64,000 bases of DNA from an uncultured Pelagibacteraceae bacterium (GTDB lineage: Bacteria; Pseudomonadota; Alphaproteobacteria; Pelagibacterales; Pelagibacteraceae): positions 16,959-80,958 of the forward strand of contig CACHKS010000001.1 of NCBI GenBank assembly GCA_902580485.1, read 5' to 3'. Below are positions 41,148-50,416 of this stretch, in pieces. The translations under genes were made by a program, and so were the position numbers. Positions within the stretch are counted from its first letter, which is position 1; every line of letters begins with the position of its first letter. The notes below the pieces were generated by a model. The model was given only the letters and a program-made list of their open reading frames with translations. It ran no database searches and had not been told where the DNA came from.

Positions 41148-42116
41148 ATGGCAGTATATACAAAATTCGAAAAAAAAGATATTGAAGAGATTCTATCTAA
41201 CTATGCTATTGGTAAATTAAATTCCTTTAAAGGAATTCAGGAAGGTATAGAGAATACTAATTATTTCTTAATAGTAGATAACAAAAAATACATTTTAACA
41301 GTTTATGAAAAGAGGATAAAATCTGAAGACCTTCCTTTTTTTTCTGAAATTATGACAAGTTTAAACAAAGCCAGAGTTAAGTGTCCAGTTCCAATTATTA
41401 ATAAAAAAAAAGAATCAATCACAGATTATAATGGGAAAAAACTAATGATTGTTACGTACCTAGAAGGTAAAGCAAAAAAAATACTTAATCCTCAAAATTG
41501 CAAATCTGTTGGCATAGAAGTTGCCAAAATGCACGAAATTACAAAGAACTTCAAAATTAAAAGACTAAATGATTTGTCAGTCAATTCATGGCGAAAATTA
41601 TTTAATTCTGTAAAATCAGAATGTTCTAAAATTCACACAGATCTTCCAAAGTTAATTGAAACCAATCTTAATGATGTTGAAAAAAATTGGCCTAATGATT
41701 TACCTAAAGGAATAATACATGCAGATTTATTCAATGATAATATTTTCTTTGTTAATAATGAATTTAGTGGACTAATAGATTTTTATTTTTCATGTGAAGA
41801 TTTTTATGCATTTGAAATTGCAATCTGTTTTAACGCGTTATGTTTTGATGGTGAGTCAAAAAATCTAAGTTTTAATGTAACTAAAGCTAAAAATTTTATA
41901 GAAGGGTACAATTCAATTAGAAAACTAACAGATAATGAAAAAGCAAACATAAAAGTATTGTCTCAAGGTGCAGCTTTGAGATTTTTGTTAACAAGAGTTT
42001 TTGATGCATTAAATACTGTGGATGGTGCAATAGTAAAGGTAAAAGACCCCTTGGAATATTTGACAAGATTAGAATTTCATAAAAATTCAAAAAACTTTGA
42101 GGACTATTTCTTTTAA
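41148..42116 (+). CDS. thrB: Homoserine kinase type II
   Basis: MAVYT, GIENTNY, HADLF.DN, IDFYF. Confidence 0.94.
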   Translation: MAVYTKFEKKDIEEILSNYAIGKLNSFKGIQEGIENTNYFLIVDNKKYILTVYEKRIKSEDLPFFSEIMTSLNKARVKCPVPIINKKKESITDYNGKKLMIVTYLEGKAKKILNPQNCKSVGIEVAKMHEITKNFKIKRLNDLSVNSWRKLFNSVKSECSKIHTDLPKLIETNLNDVEKNWPNDLPKGIIHADLFNDNIFFVNNEFSGLIDFYFSCEDFYAFEIAICFNALCFDGESKNLSFNVTKAKNFIEGYNSIRKLTDNEKANIKVLSQGAALRFLLTRVFDALNTVDGAIVKVKDPLEYLTRLEFHKNSKNFEDYFF

Positions 42117-42541
42117 TGAAGTTAAAGATTTATACAGATGGTGCTTGTTCAGGAAACCCAGGTAAAGGGGGATGGGCTGCAATTATTTTAGATAGTAATG
42201 CTAATCAATCTAGGATTTCTGGTAACGAAAAAAATACGACTAATAATAGGATGGAGTTAATGGCTCCAATAATGGCTCTAAAACAAATTAGAGGACTGTC
42301 TGAAATAACAATCTATACAGACTCTAAATATGTCAAAGATGGAATAACCGATTGGATTAAAAAATGGAAATTAAATAATTGGAAAAACTCAAATAAGAAG
42401 CCTGTAAAAAATAAAGATCTTTGGATTAAATTAGACAATTCTTGCAAAAAACATAAAGTTAAATGGAAATGGGTTAAAGCTCATGCGGGAAATAAACTTA
42501 ATAATCAAGTAGACGAACTAGCTGTTTCAGAAACTAAATAG
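42116..42541 (+). CDS. rnhA: Ribonuclease HI
   Basis: TDGACSGNPG, TNNRMEL, WVKAH. Confidence 0.97.
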   Translation: MKLKIYTDGACSGNPGKGGWAAIILDSNANQSRISGNEKNTTNNRMELMAPIMALKQIRGLSEITIYTDSKYVKDGITDWIKKWKLNNWKNSNKKPVKNKDLWIKLDNSCKKHKVKWKWVKAHAGNKLNNQVDELAVSETK

Positions 42542-43022
42542 ATTTTAAAAAATTTTCTGCAGCAGATAATTCGCAAGAAGCAGTGTCTTTTTCTTCCTCT
42601 ACTTTTTTGACTAATTCATTTTCTACTAGCATTGTGTATCGATTTGATCTTATGCCTAATCCTTTAACTGATTTGTCTACCTCGGCTCCAATAGCTTTGG
42701 TAAATTTAAGATAAGGATCCCCTGCCATTAAAATTTTATTACCAACATTTTGACTTTCTCCCCAAGCTTTCATTACATTTGGATCATTAACTGCAATACA
42801 GAGTATTTTTTGAACTCCTTTTTCTGAAGCTAAATCGTAGTTTTTTATATATCCGGGTAAATGTATTGCTGAGCAAGTTTTGGTGAAGGCGCCTGGCATG
42901 CCTAATATTATAGTCTTATTATTTTTACATAAACTAAGAATATCAATTTTTTTAACCTCATTGTTTTGGTCAAGGTAAAATAGTTCTGAACTTGGTAATT
43001 TATCTCCTGCTTTTATTTTCAT
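42534..43022 (-). CDS. Peroxiredoxin (Prx5 type)
   Basis: PGAFTKTCS..HLPG, VND. Confidence 0.9.
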   Translation of the reverse strand: MKIKAGDKLPSSELFYLDQNNEVKKIDILSLCKNNKTIILGMPGAFTKTCSAIHLPGYIKNYDLASEKGVQKILCIAVNDPNVMKAWGESQNVGNKILMAGDPYLKFTKAIGAEVDKSVKGLGIRSNRYTMLVENELVKKVEEEKDTASCELSAAENFLKSI

Positions 43023-44395
43023 TTAATTTTACTTAAGATATAGTCTTTTATTTGTGAATTAGAATTTTCAATAATATCAAATTTTTCTTTTTTATCTAGG
43101 TCTATCTTTAAATGCGATGGTGTCTCTAAATTTTTTCCAGTCGCCTTTTTGACTGTGTCACTAAATTTGAAAGGATGAGCAGTACCAAGAACAACTATAT
43201 TTTCTAAACCCTTAGTTTTTTTTATAGCTCCAAATCCTGTTGCAGTATGTGGATCAACGATAAATTTAAATTGATCATTTATGTTCTTAATAATTAATTG
43301 TGTAGACTCATCATTAATTTTGACAGCTTCAAAATCTTTTTTGATTTCTTCGATTTCGTTTTGATCTAATTTAAAAAAACCTTTTTTAGATAAATGATCC
43401 ATCAATAAACTGACTTTTTGATCATCCTGACCTACAATGTAAAAAAGTAATCTTTCGAAATTACTTGCAACTTGAATGTCCATACTTGGAGAAATCGATG
43501 GTTTTACTTTATCAGGTTTGTATTCGCCAGTATTTATTACCCTCTGCAATATATCGTTATCATTAGTAGCGACAATTAATTTATTAATTGGTAAGCCCAT
43601 TTTTTTTGCAATATACCCTGCAAAAATGTCACCAAAGTTTCCCGTTGGTACTGAGAAACTGATGTTTTTTTTTTTTAATCTAAAATATGAATAAAAATAA
43701 TAAACAATCTGGCAAACTATTCTTGCCCAATTTATGGAATTTACCCCAGACATATTAATTTTTGATCTGAAATTTTCATCATTAAAAAATTCTTTTACAA
43801 TTTTTTGACAATCATCAAAAGATCCTTTTACTGCAATGTTATAGATATTTGGTCCGCCTGTAGCTGTCATTATTTTACGTTGAACAGAAGAAATTTTATT
43901 ATGGGGGTGTAAAACAAATAAATTTATATTTTGTCTATCCTTTAAGGCAGCAATTGCAGCGGAACCCGTGTCTCCTGAGGTAGCAACAACTATATTCACA
44001 GTTTTTTCTTTTGCTATTTTAAAGTGCTCATACAAATTTCCAATAATTTGCATAGCAATGTCTTTGAATGCAAGCGTAGGTCCGTTGTAAAGCTCTAGAA
44101 GATACGTGTCACCTATCTTTCTTAGATTTACAACGTCTTTATCCTTAAAACTACTGTAAGATTTTTCTATTAAAGATTTTAGCTCATTTTTACTGATTTC
44201 ATCGTTACAAAAGTTGAATATAATTTCTAAGGCTAATTCTTTATAATCTAACTTACTCAAATAATTTAACTCTTCATGACTCAACTTTTTTATTTCGGCG
44301 GGTAAAAATAAACCCCCTCCAGGAGCAAGACCTCTTAAAAAAATGTCTTTAAAACTAAATTTTAAAGATTTATCTCTAGTGCTAAAATAATTCAT
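43019..44395 (-). CDS. thrC: Threonine synthase
   Basis: GPTLAFKD, ATSGDTG, NSINWAR, PTGNFG. Confidence 0.97.
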   Translation of the reverse strand: MNYFSTRDKSLKFSFKDIFLRGLAPGGGLFLPAEIKKLSHEELNYLSKLDYKELALEIIFNFCNDEISKNELKSLIEKSYSSFKDKDVVNLRKIGDTYLLELYNGPTLAFKDIAMQIIGNLYEHFKIAKEKTVNIVVATSGDTGSAAIAALKDRQNINLFVLHPHNKISSVQRKIMTATGGPNIYNIAVKGSFDDCQKIVKEFFNDENFRSKINMSGVNSINWARIVCQIVYYFYSYFRLKKKNISFSVPTGNFGDIFAGYIAKKMGLPINKLIVATNDNDILQRVINTGEYKPDKVKPSISPSMDIQVASNFERLLFYIVGQDDQKVSLLMDHLSKKGFFKLDQNEIEEIKKDFEAVKINDESTQLIIKNINDQFKFIVDPHTATGFGAIKKTKGLENIVVLGTAHPFKFSDTVKKATGKNLETPSHLKIDLDKKEKFDIIENSNSQIKDYILSKIK

Positions 44396-44439
44396 TTTTT
44401 TCTTCTAAAGTATAGAAAATAAACAAAAATTGATATTAA
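44392..44439 (-). pseudogene. Probable 3' remnant of surf1 (LISIFVYFLYFRRKK*)
   Basis: Start-less 15-codon frame, hydrophobic run plus basic tail, TGA overlapping the thrC ATG, at the position usually held by surf1. Confidence 0.5.
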
Positions 44440-44449
44440 TTAATTTGTT

Positions 44450-45388
44450 TTAGAAAAAGCTCATTATTTCATTCAATTTAAACAAATTATCAAACAGAAT
44501 TAATAAAAAAAGAAAAAATAAATAAAATATAGAATATACAAATACTTTTCTTGCTATCAAATTTGACTTTATAACAGATTTTGATTTAAAAAGCAGATAG
44601 CATAAATGAATATAATAGAAAGTCATAGATAGAGATAAAATAATATAAATAATACTTCCAAATCCAAAAAAAATTGGCAAGATAACCACCGGCAACATAA
44701 AAAAAGCATACAAAAGAATATTAAATTTTGTACTTTCTATACCAGCAGTAATAGGCAGCATAGGAATTTTTGCTTTTTTATAATCATCAGATTTGTATAA
44801 ACTTAAGGCCCAAAAATGAGACGGAGTCCAAAAAAATATTATTAAAAACATTATTATAGGTTCAATAGAAATGGATCCGGTTGCTATGGTCCATCCTATT
44901 ACGGGAGGAAGAGCACCAGATGCACCTCCGATGACTATATTTTGTGCGGTCTTTCTTTTTAACCATATAGTATAAATAAAAAAGTAAAAACTTATTGTTG
45001 ATGCTAACAAAATTGCAGAAATTAAATTCGATGATAAATAAAGCATAACAGTTGAAGCTATAGAAAGAAAAATACCAAACCACAAAGCATTTTCTCTTTT
45101 AATTTTCCCTGTTGGTATAGGTCTTAAACATGTTCTGCTCATAACTGCATCTACGTCCGACTCGTACCACATGTTCAATGCTCCAGCAGCACCTGAACCT
45201 ATGGCTACAGCTAGTAAAGATAAACAACCAGTAAGAAAGGATACTTTTACAGGGGCAACTAATAAACCAACCACAGCAGTAAATAAAACAAGAGACATAA
45301 CTCTTGGCTTCATAAGTGCTAAAAAAGATTTTAGATAAAGACTAAGCTCTATTGGAGAAGTTTTATTTTTTGCTATATTTTGTGGCAA
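44450..45388 (-). CDS. cyoE: Protoheme IX farnesyltransferase (heme O synthase), TTG start
   Basis: KPRVMSL, D..M.RT..RP, NIVIGG, WTPSHFWAL. Confidence 0.95.
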   Translation of the reverse strand: MPQNIAKNKTSPIELSLYLKSFLALMKPRVMSLVLFTAVVGLLVAPVKVSFLTGCLSLLAVAIGSGAAGALNMWYESDVDAVMSRTCLRPIPTGKIKRENALWFGIFLSIASTVMLYLSSNLISAILLASTISFYFFIYTIWLKRKTAQNIVIGGASGALPPVIGWTIATGSISIEPIIMFLIIFFWTPSHFWALSLYKSDDYKKAKIPMLPITAGIESTKFNILLYAFFMLPVVILPIFFGFGSIIYIILSLSMTFYYIHLCYLLFKSKSVIKSNLIARKVFVYSIFYLFFLFLLILFDNLFKLNEIMSFF

Positions 45389-45390
45389 GA

Positions 45391-45654
45391 TTATCCCACA
45401 TTTAGAGAAATGAATATAGCTATAAGTATCATTCCTATAATAAGAATATGATTACCTAAATCAAAAATTCCTACTTTTTTATTCTTTTTATCAATTAATT
45501 TTCTTTGTAAAGATATTTGGTCGTAAGGATTGATTCTTATGTCGTCTTTCTTTTCTTTGTCATTCTCAATTTTTAATGAAGTTCCAAACCAAACGAAATA
45601 AACGAAAAGAAAAAAGAATATTAAAAATCCAGCGACTATATTGTAACCACCCAT
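45391..45654 (-). CDS. Hypothetical 87-aa protein with two TM segments inside the oxidase operon
   Basis: 2-3 nt gaps to both neighbours; N- and C-terminal hydrophobic helices. Confidence 0.65.
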   Translation of the reverse strand: MGGYNIVAGFLIFFFLFVYFVWFGTSLKIENDKEKKDDIRINPYDQISLQRKLIDKKNKKVGIFDLGNHILIIGMILIAIFISLNVG

Positions 45655-45657
45655 GAA

Positions 45658-45993
45658 TTATGCTCCCCCTACAAAAAAATAAAACAGTCTTGAAAATACA
45701 GTATATTTTCCTTCTGCTACCATTAAACCAACAAAGCAAGCTATAGCAGTCATAGGCCATAAAAGTACATTTACTAAAGCATATCTTTCCCAAAACAAGT
45801 GCATAAAGAAAGCCATTATTAAGCCAGCTTTAAGGAACATGAAAAATAAAATTAATGACCATCTTAACAACCCTTGAAAGTTATACCAGTCGACCATATA
45901 AGAAAAAAAACTTAAAACAAATAATAACCCCCATATCCAAAGATATATTCCTATTTTGTGTGTTGATGTTTGTTCTTTTTTCGCTTCAGCCAT
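45658..45993 (-). CDS. Cytochrome c oxidase subunit IV family (CoxQ-like)
   Basis: 3 TM, KAGLI.A.FMHL.WE motif. Confidence 0.85.
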   Translation of the reverse strand: MAEAKKEQTSTHKIGIYLWIWGLLFVLSFFSYMVDWYNFQGLLRWSLILFFMFLKAGLIMAFFMHLFWERYALVNVLLWPMTAIACFVGLMVAEGKYTVFSRLFYFFVGGA

Positions 45994-46001
45994 AATTTAG
46001 T

Positions 46002-46709
46002 TTACCATAAATAAAAGAAAGCAAATATAAATACCCAAACCAGATCTACAAAATGCCAGTAAAGACCTAATATTTCTATCGCTACATAGTCTGATTTCAT
46101 TGTGGTAAAGTACCCTCTTCTACCAGTATCAAAATCTCCTCTAAAAACCTTTCTAGCAAAGATAAATAAAAAAATCACACCTATTGAAACATGGGTACCA
46201 TGAAACCCTGTAATCATAAAAAAGAAAGCCCCAAACTGCTCAGCACCAAAAGGATTTCCCCAAGGTCTTACTCCATCATGGAATATCAATTTTGACCATT
46301 CAAATGCTTGCATTCCAACAAAAGTAAGTCCTCCTATCGCAGTCAACAAAACAAACCATCCGCACATTTTTCTATTTTTTTCATAGCCATATTTAACTGC
46401 TAATGCCATGGTTCCGCTGCTAGTAATAAGTACGAAGGTCATTATTGCTATTAATAAAAGTGGAACTGGAACTCCCATCATTTCTAAAGCAAATACTTCA
46501 CTAGGATAAGGCCATGGTTCAACTACTGAAGCTCTCACTTTCATATAAGCAACCAAAAAACAGCTAAATACAAAAGTATCACTCAGTAAAAAAATCCACA
46601 TCATAGCCTTGCCCCAGTTTACTCCTTTAAAGGTAGTTTGATCTGAGCCTATATCTTCAGACATGCCTTTGAAACCGCCTGGCAATTTATCTAGATTAAG
46701 ATCTGACAT
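46002..46709 (-). CDS. Heme-copper oxidase subunit III (CoxP-like)
   Basis: WGKAMMWIFLLSD, ITGFHGTHV, GLYWHFVDLVW. Confidence 0.9.
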   Translation of the reverse strand: MSDLNLDKLPGGFKGMSEDIGSDQTTFKGVNWGKAMMWIFLLSDTFVFSCFLVAYMKVRASVVEPWPYPSEVFALEMMGVPVPLLLIAIMTFVLITSSGTMALAVKYGYEKNRKMCGWFVLLTAIGGLTFVGMQAFEWSKLIFHDGVRPWGNPFGAEQFGAFFFMITGFHGTHVSIGVIFLFIFARKVFRGDFDTGRRGYFTTMKSDYVAIEILGLYWHFVDLVWVFIFAFFYLW

Positions 46710-46719
46710 GTTCCTTATA

Positions 46720-48558
46720 TTAAGTTTTTTCTACTTCTGCATCTTTAACTTCACTTGGTGCAGTTGTTTGAGGAATATAGTCTTCTTTTGCTCCGGGAAC
46801 ACCATAATCATATGCCCATCTGTGAACTACTGGAAGTTTTTCGCCCCAGTTACCATGTGTAGGAGGAACGTCAGGTGTAAGCCATTCTAAAGAATTAGCT
46901 TTCCATGGGTTCTTACCTGCTGGCTTACCTAGTCTTAAGCTTTTTACAAGGTTATAAAAGAAGATAAATTGAGCAGCTCCTACTATGAATGCTGCAAGAC
47001 TTATAAATTCATTCATTCCTACAGCTGATGTCATGTATGGACTGTCATACATTTCAAAATATCTTCTTGGTACACCAATGAAACCTAAATAGTGCATTGG
47101 AAAATAAATAGAGTAAGCGCCTAAAAAAGTTATCCAAAAATGCAATTTACCTAATTTTTCATCTAGAAATCTTCCAGTCACTAAAGGGAACCAGTGATAA
47201 ATGGCTCCAAAAATTACCATTAGTGGTGCTATTCCCATCACCATATGAAAGTGAGCAATTACGAAATAAGTATCAGACAATGGAACGTCCACAGCAACAT
47301 TTCCTAAGAAAATACCTGTTATACCACCATTTACAAAAGTGACAATAAAACCTAAGCAGAAAAGCATCACAGTATTTATTCTTATATTTCCTCTCCAAAG
47401 TGTAAGTATCCAATTATAAACCTTCAGCGCAGTAGGTACCGCGATAATAAGTGTTGTTGTTGCAAAAAAGAAACCAAACCAAGGACTCATACCGCTTACA
47501 TACATGTGGTGAGCCCAAACAAAAAAGCTTAGAGCGCCAATTCCGACTATCGCCCAAACCATCATTCTATATCCAAAAATATTTTTTCTAGAGTGTACTG
47601 AAATTAGGTCTGAGACAATTCCAAAAGCAGGTAATGCAACAATGTAAACTTCTGGATGGCCAAAAAACCAAAACAAATGTTGGAAAAGTATGGGGCTACC
47701 ACCGTCATAGGATAGTGCTTCCCCTGCTTTTATAATAGTTGGCATAAAAAAGCTAGTTTCTAAAACTTTATCTAAAGTCATCATAATTGAACTAACGAGC
47801 AAAGCTGGGAAAGCTAATAAAGCTAAAACAGTTGCAGTAAAAATTCCCCAAATAGTTAAAGGCATTCTCATCAAGCTCATTCCTCTAGTTCTTGCTTGTA
47901 AAATAGTAATTACATAGTTTAAACCTCCCATTGTAAAACCAATTACAAATAAAGATAAAGATATTAACATTAATAGAATTCCATAACCTGAGCCTGGGGT
48001 ACCCTCTAAAATTGCTTGAGGAGGATATAAAGTCCAACCTGATCCTGTTGGGCCTCCGGGTACAAAAAAGCTAGCCATCAAAACCACAACAGCTACAAAA
48101 AACATCCAAAAACTTATCATGTTTACATAAGGAAACACCATGTCCCTTGCTCCAACCATTAAAGGTATTAAGTAATTTCCAAACCCTCCAAGAAACAAAG
48201 CAGTTAATAAATACACTACCATTATCATGCCGTGCATTGTTACCATTTGATAATATGTTTCAGCTGTCAAAAAAGGAAATAGATCTGGATAACCAAGTTG
48301 CATACGCATCATCCAAGATAAAATTAAGCCGACTACTCCTGTAAACACTGCGGTAAGAGTGTACTGAACTCCTATAACTTTAGCATCCTGACAAAAAATC
48401 CATTTAGTTATGAAACTATGGCCGTGATAAAGGTCTTGTTCTGGTAATTCTGCAGGCCTTACGTAATCAATATCTGTTTCTCCTCTACCTGAAGCAGTAG
48501 AAGATTTTGTTTTAATTTTGTATTTTGTCTTTTTATTTATATTTAGTTCATCTGACAT
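46720..48558 (-). CDS. Cytochrome c oxidase subunit I, A1 type (CoxN-like)
   Basis: TMHG, GHPEVY, WAHH, AHFH, PRRY; K-channel PTALK. Confidence 0.95.
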   Translation of the reverse strand: MSDELNINKKTKYKIKTKSSTASGRGETDIDYVRPAELPEQDLYHGHSFITKWIFCQDAKVIGVQYTLTAVFTGVVGLILSWMMRMQLGYPDLFPFLTAETYYQMVTMHGMIMVVYLLTALFLGGFGNYLIPLMVGARDMVFPYVNMISFWMFFVAVVVLMASFFVPGGPTGSGWTLYPPQAILEGTPGSGYGILLMLISLSLFVIGFTMGGLNYVITILQARTRGMSLMRMPLTIWGIFTATVLALLAFPALLVSSIMMTLDKVLETSFFMPTIIKAGEALSYDGGSPILFQHLFWFFGHPEVYIVALPAFGIVSDLISVHSRKNIFGYRMMVWAIVGIGALSFFVWAHHMYVSGMSPWFGFFFATTTLIIAVPTALKVYNWILTLWRGNIRINTVMLFCLGFIVTFVNGGITGIFLGNVAVDVPLSDTYFVIAHFHMVMGIAPLMVIFGAIYHWFPLVTGRFLDEKLGKLHFWITFLGAYSIYFPMHYLGFIGVPRRYFEMYDSPYMTSAVGMNEFISLAAFIVGAAQFIFFYNLVKSLRLGKPAGKNPWKANSLEWLTPDVPPTHGNWGEKLPVVHRWAYDYGVPGAKEDYIPQTTAPSEVKDAEVEKT

Positions 48559-49435
48559 CTTGTTCCTTTAATATACTATTTTTATCGCTTGATAAATTGT
48601 TAATCTTAGCAAATTTTTTCTTATTTAATTTATTATTTCTATTTTTAGCTGTAAAGCTGGAAAAAGTTTCTTGCTCAGACAACCACTTGTTATAACTTAC
48701 TTCGTCTTCCACCACAACTTTGCCTCTCATAGCATAATGAGCGACGCCACAGTACTCCGCACATAAAACCTCGTACTCTCCGTTTTTATTAGGCTCAAAC
48801 CAATAATAAGTGATAGTTCCAGGAACTGCATCCATTTTTGATCTAAACTGCGGAACATAGAAATTATGTAATACATCAATCGATCTTAATAAAATTTTAA
48901 CAGGTCTATCTTTTAATAAATGCAATTCATTGCTTTCAACAAAAACATCATCTTTTCCATTTGGATCATCAATATTTAATCCGTAAGGATTATCATCACT
49001 AATTATTCTGTTGTTAGAAGCTCCAAGTTTTCCATCTTGTCCTGGTAATCTATATTTCCAACCCCACTGCCATGCCATCACTTCTACTTGAATAGCATTA
49101 TCAGGCACTCTTATGTAATTATTCCATACAACAAGTCCAGGAGCTAGAAGAGCTACAACACCAATAGTTGTCAACCAAGTTAATCCTTTTTCTAATTTTT
49201 TATCTTCAGGTTTATATTCTGATCTACGTCCTTCTTTATATTGGTATCTAAAAATGCAGTAGACCATGAAAAGGCAAACTAAAATGAACACTCCACCGCC
49301 AATCCAAAAACTTAAAATTATAGTATTATCCATTGCACTCCAATTTGAGGCAATGTCCGTCCACCACCATGGAGTCCAAACGTGAAAAACGATCGAACCA
49401 ATTATAACTGCTAAAAATATGAGACCTGTAAACAT
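48548..49435 (-). CDS. Cytochrome c oxidase subunit II with CuA (CoxM-like)
   Basis: DVLH...CAEYCGVAHYAM; N-terminus TPWWWTDIASNW. Confidence 0.93.
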   Translation of the reverse strand: MFTGLIFLAVIIGSIVFHVWTPWWWTDIASNWSAMDNTIILSFWIGGGVFILVCLFMVYCIFRYQYKEGRRSEYKPEDKKLEKGLTWLTTIGVVALLAPGLVVWNNYIRVPDNAIQVEVMAWQWGWKYRLPGQDGKLGASNNRIISDDNPYGLNIDDPNGKDDVFVESNELHLLKDRPVKILLRSIDVLHNFYVPQFRSKMDAVPGTITYYWFEPNKNGEYEVLCAEYCGVAHYAMRGKVVVEDEVSYNKWLSEQETFSSFTAKNRNNKLNKKKFAKINNLSSDKNSILKEQDVR

Positions 49436-49470
49436 ACAGACAAACTTATAAAAGAAAAGGTCGCTTTAAC

Positions 49471-49488
49471 CTAGGGACAAAATGTCTT
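49471..49488 (-). promoter_or_regulatory. Putative RegA/RegR/PrrA-type box upstream of oxidase subunit II
   Basis: AAGACATTTTGTCCCTAG on the minus strand; GACA-N3-TGTC dyad; 13/16 identity to the petA upstream copy. Confidence 0.55.
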
Positions 49489-49512
49489 AAAAGGGTTATA
49501 CAACTACAAAAA

Positions 49513-49704
49513 ATGATTGGAAAACTGGGAATTTTAATAACTATACTTTTTTTAGTCTTCCTATTTTTTATTGTTATATCATTAGGAGCTGGGGCCTTCT
49601 CAAAAAAAGAAAAAAAACCTGAAATCAAAAAATACCTAAGGTCTATTTATTTTTTATTAATAATAATTGCTCTCTTAGGATCAATACTCGTACTATTTCT
49701 CTAA
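49513..49704 (+). CDS. Hypothetical 63-aa protein with two TM segments
   Basis: TM-basic loop-TM pattern; fills the gap between subunit II and the second subunit III gene. Confidence 0.6.
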   Translation: MIGKLGILITILFLVFLFFIVISLGAGAFSKKEKKPEIKKYLRSIYFLLIIIALLGSILVLFL

Positions 49705-49712
49705 ATTCAGTC

Positions 49713-50396
49713 TTAAGAAATTAATTCCTTGCACCAAGCAATAACTGCATCATTAAAGACATAAACAACTAAAAAAAATACTAACCAAATAATTAATAAA
49801 AACATCCAATAAAGAGATAAAGCTTCTACTTTATTCTTTTCATCTAAGATTTTTTTTTCATCTAATTTAAAAATTTGAGAACAAACTTTTCCCCAAAAGA
49901 ATAAACCTCCTAGAAGATGAAGTCCATGAAGAGCGGTAAAAAAATAAAAAGAAGTGAAATATGAATTGGTAGAAACAAATTTTCCATCTTCCATTAATTG
50001 AAACCATAATAATATTTGACCAATCAAAAATAGATAACTTAAAGCACCAACTTGAATTAGATTTCTTTTTATTTTTAATGTTCTTTTGCTTTCTAAATCT
50101 TTTGTAATTTTCCTAAAAATATAAGCCACTAAAATTAAAACGGAACTATTAAACCAAAACAAATTTGGTTTAAAAAGAAACATTGTATCTTGCCCGCCAG
50201 GAATAGAATAAAGATAGGCAGTAACTATAAGACTAAAGAGTACGGTGCTAACTCCAAAAATTACAATGACAGCTGATACATACGAGGAAACCCCTTTAAA
50301 TGTACTGCCCACATGTTGATTGTCTATATTTACTTGATTTTCATCCCAAGGTTTTTCGACCAGTGCGCCAAATAATTTCTTTATAATTTTAGACAT
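49713..50396 (-). CDS. Second heme-copper oxidase subunit III (CoxO-like)
   Basis: N-terminal EKPW, FTALHGLHLLGGL, LYWMFL..IW. Confidence 0.82.
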   Translation of the reverse strand: MSKIIKKLFGALVEKPWDENQVNIDNQHVGSTFKGVSSYVSAVIVIFGVSTVLFSLIVTAYLYSIPGGQDTMFLFKPNLFWFNSSVLILVAYIFRKITKDLESKRTLKIKRNLIQVGALSYLFLIGQILLWFQLMEDGKFVSTNSYFTSFYFFTALHGLHLLGGLFFWGKVCSQIFKLDEKKILDEKNKVEALSLYWMFLLIIWLVFFLVVYVFNDAVIAWCKELIS

Positions 50397-50416
50397 AATG
50401 ATTAATTATACCACTA

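Noticed and set aside
49446-49628. 60-aa minus-strand ORF upstream of oxidase subunit II
   Set aside because: It shadows the plus-strand two-TM ORF and runs through the putative regulatory box; no protein-like features.
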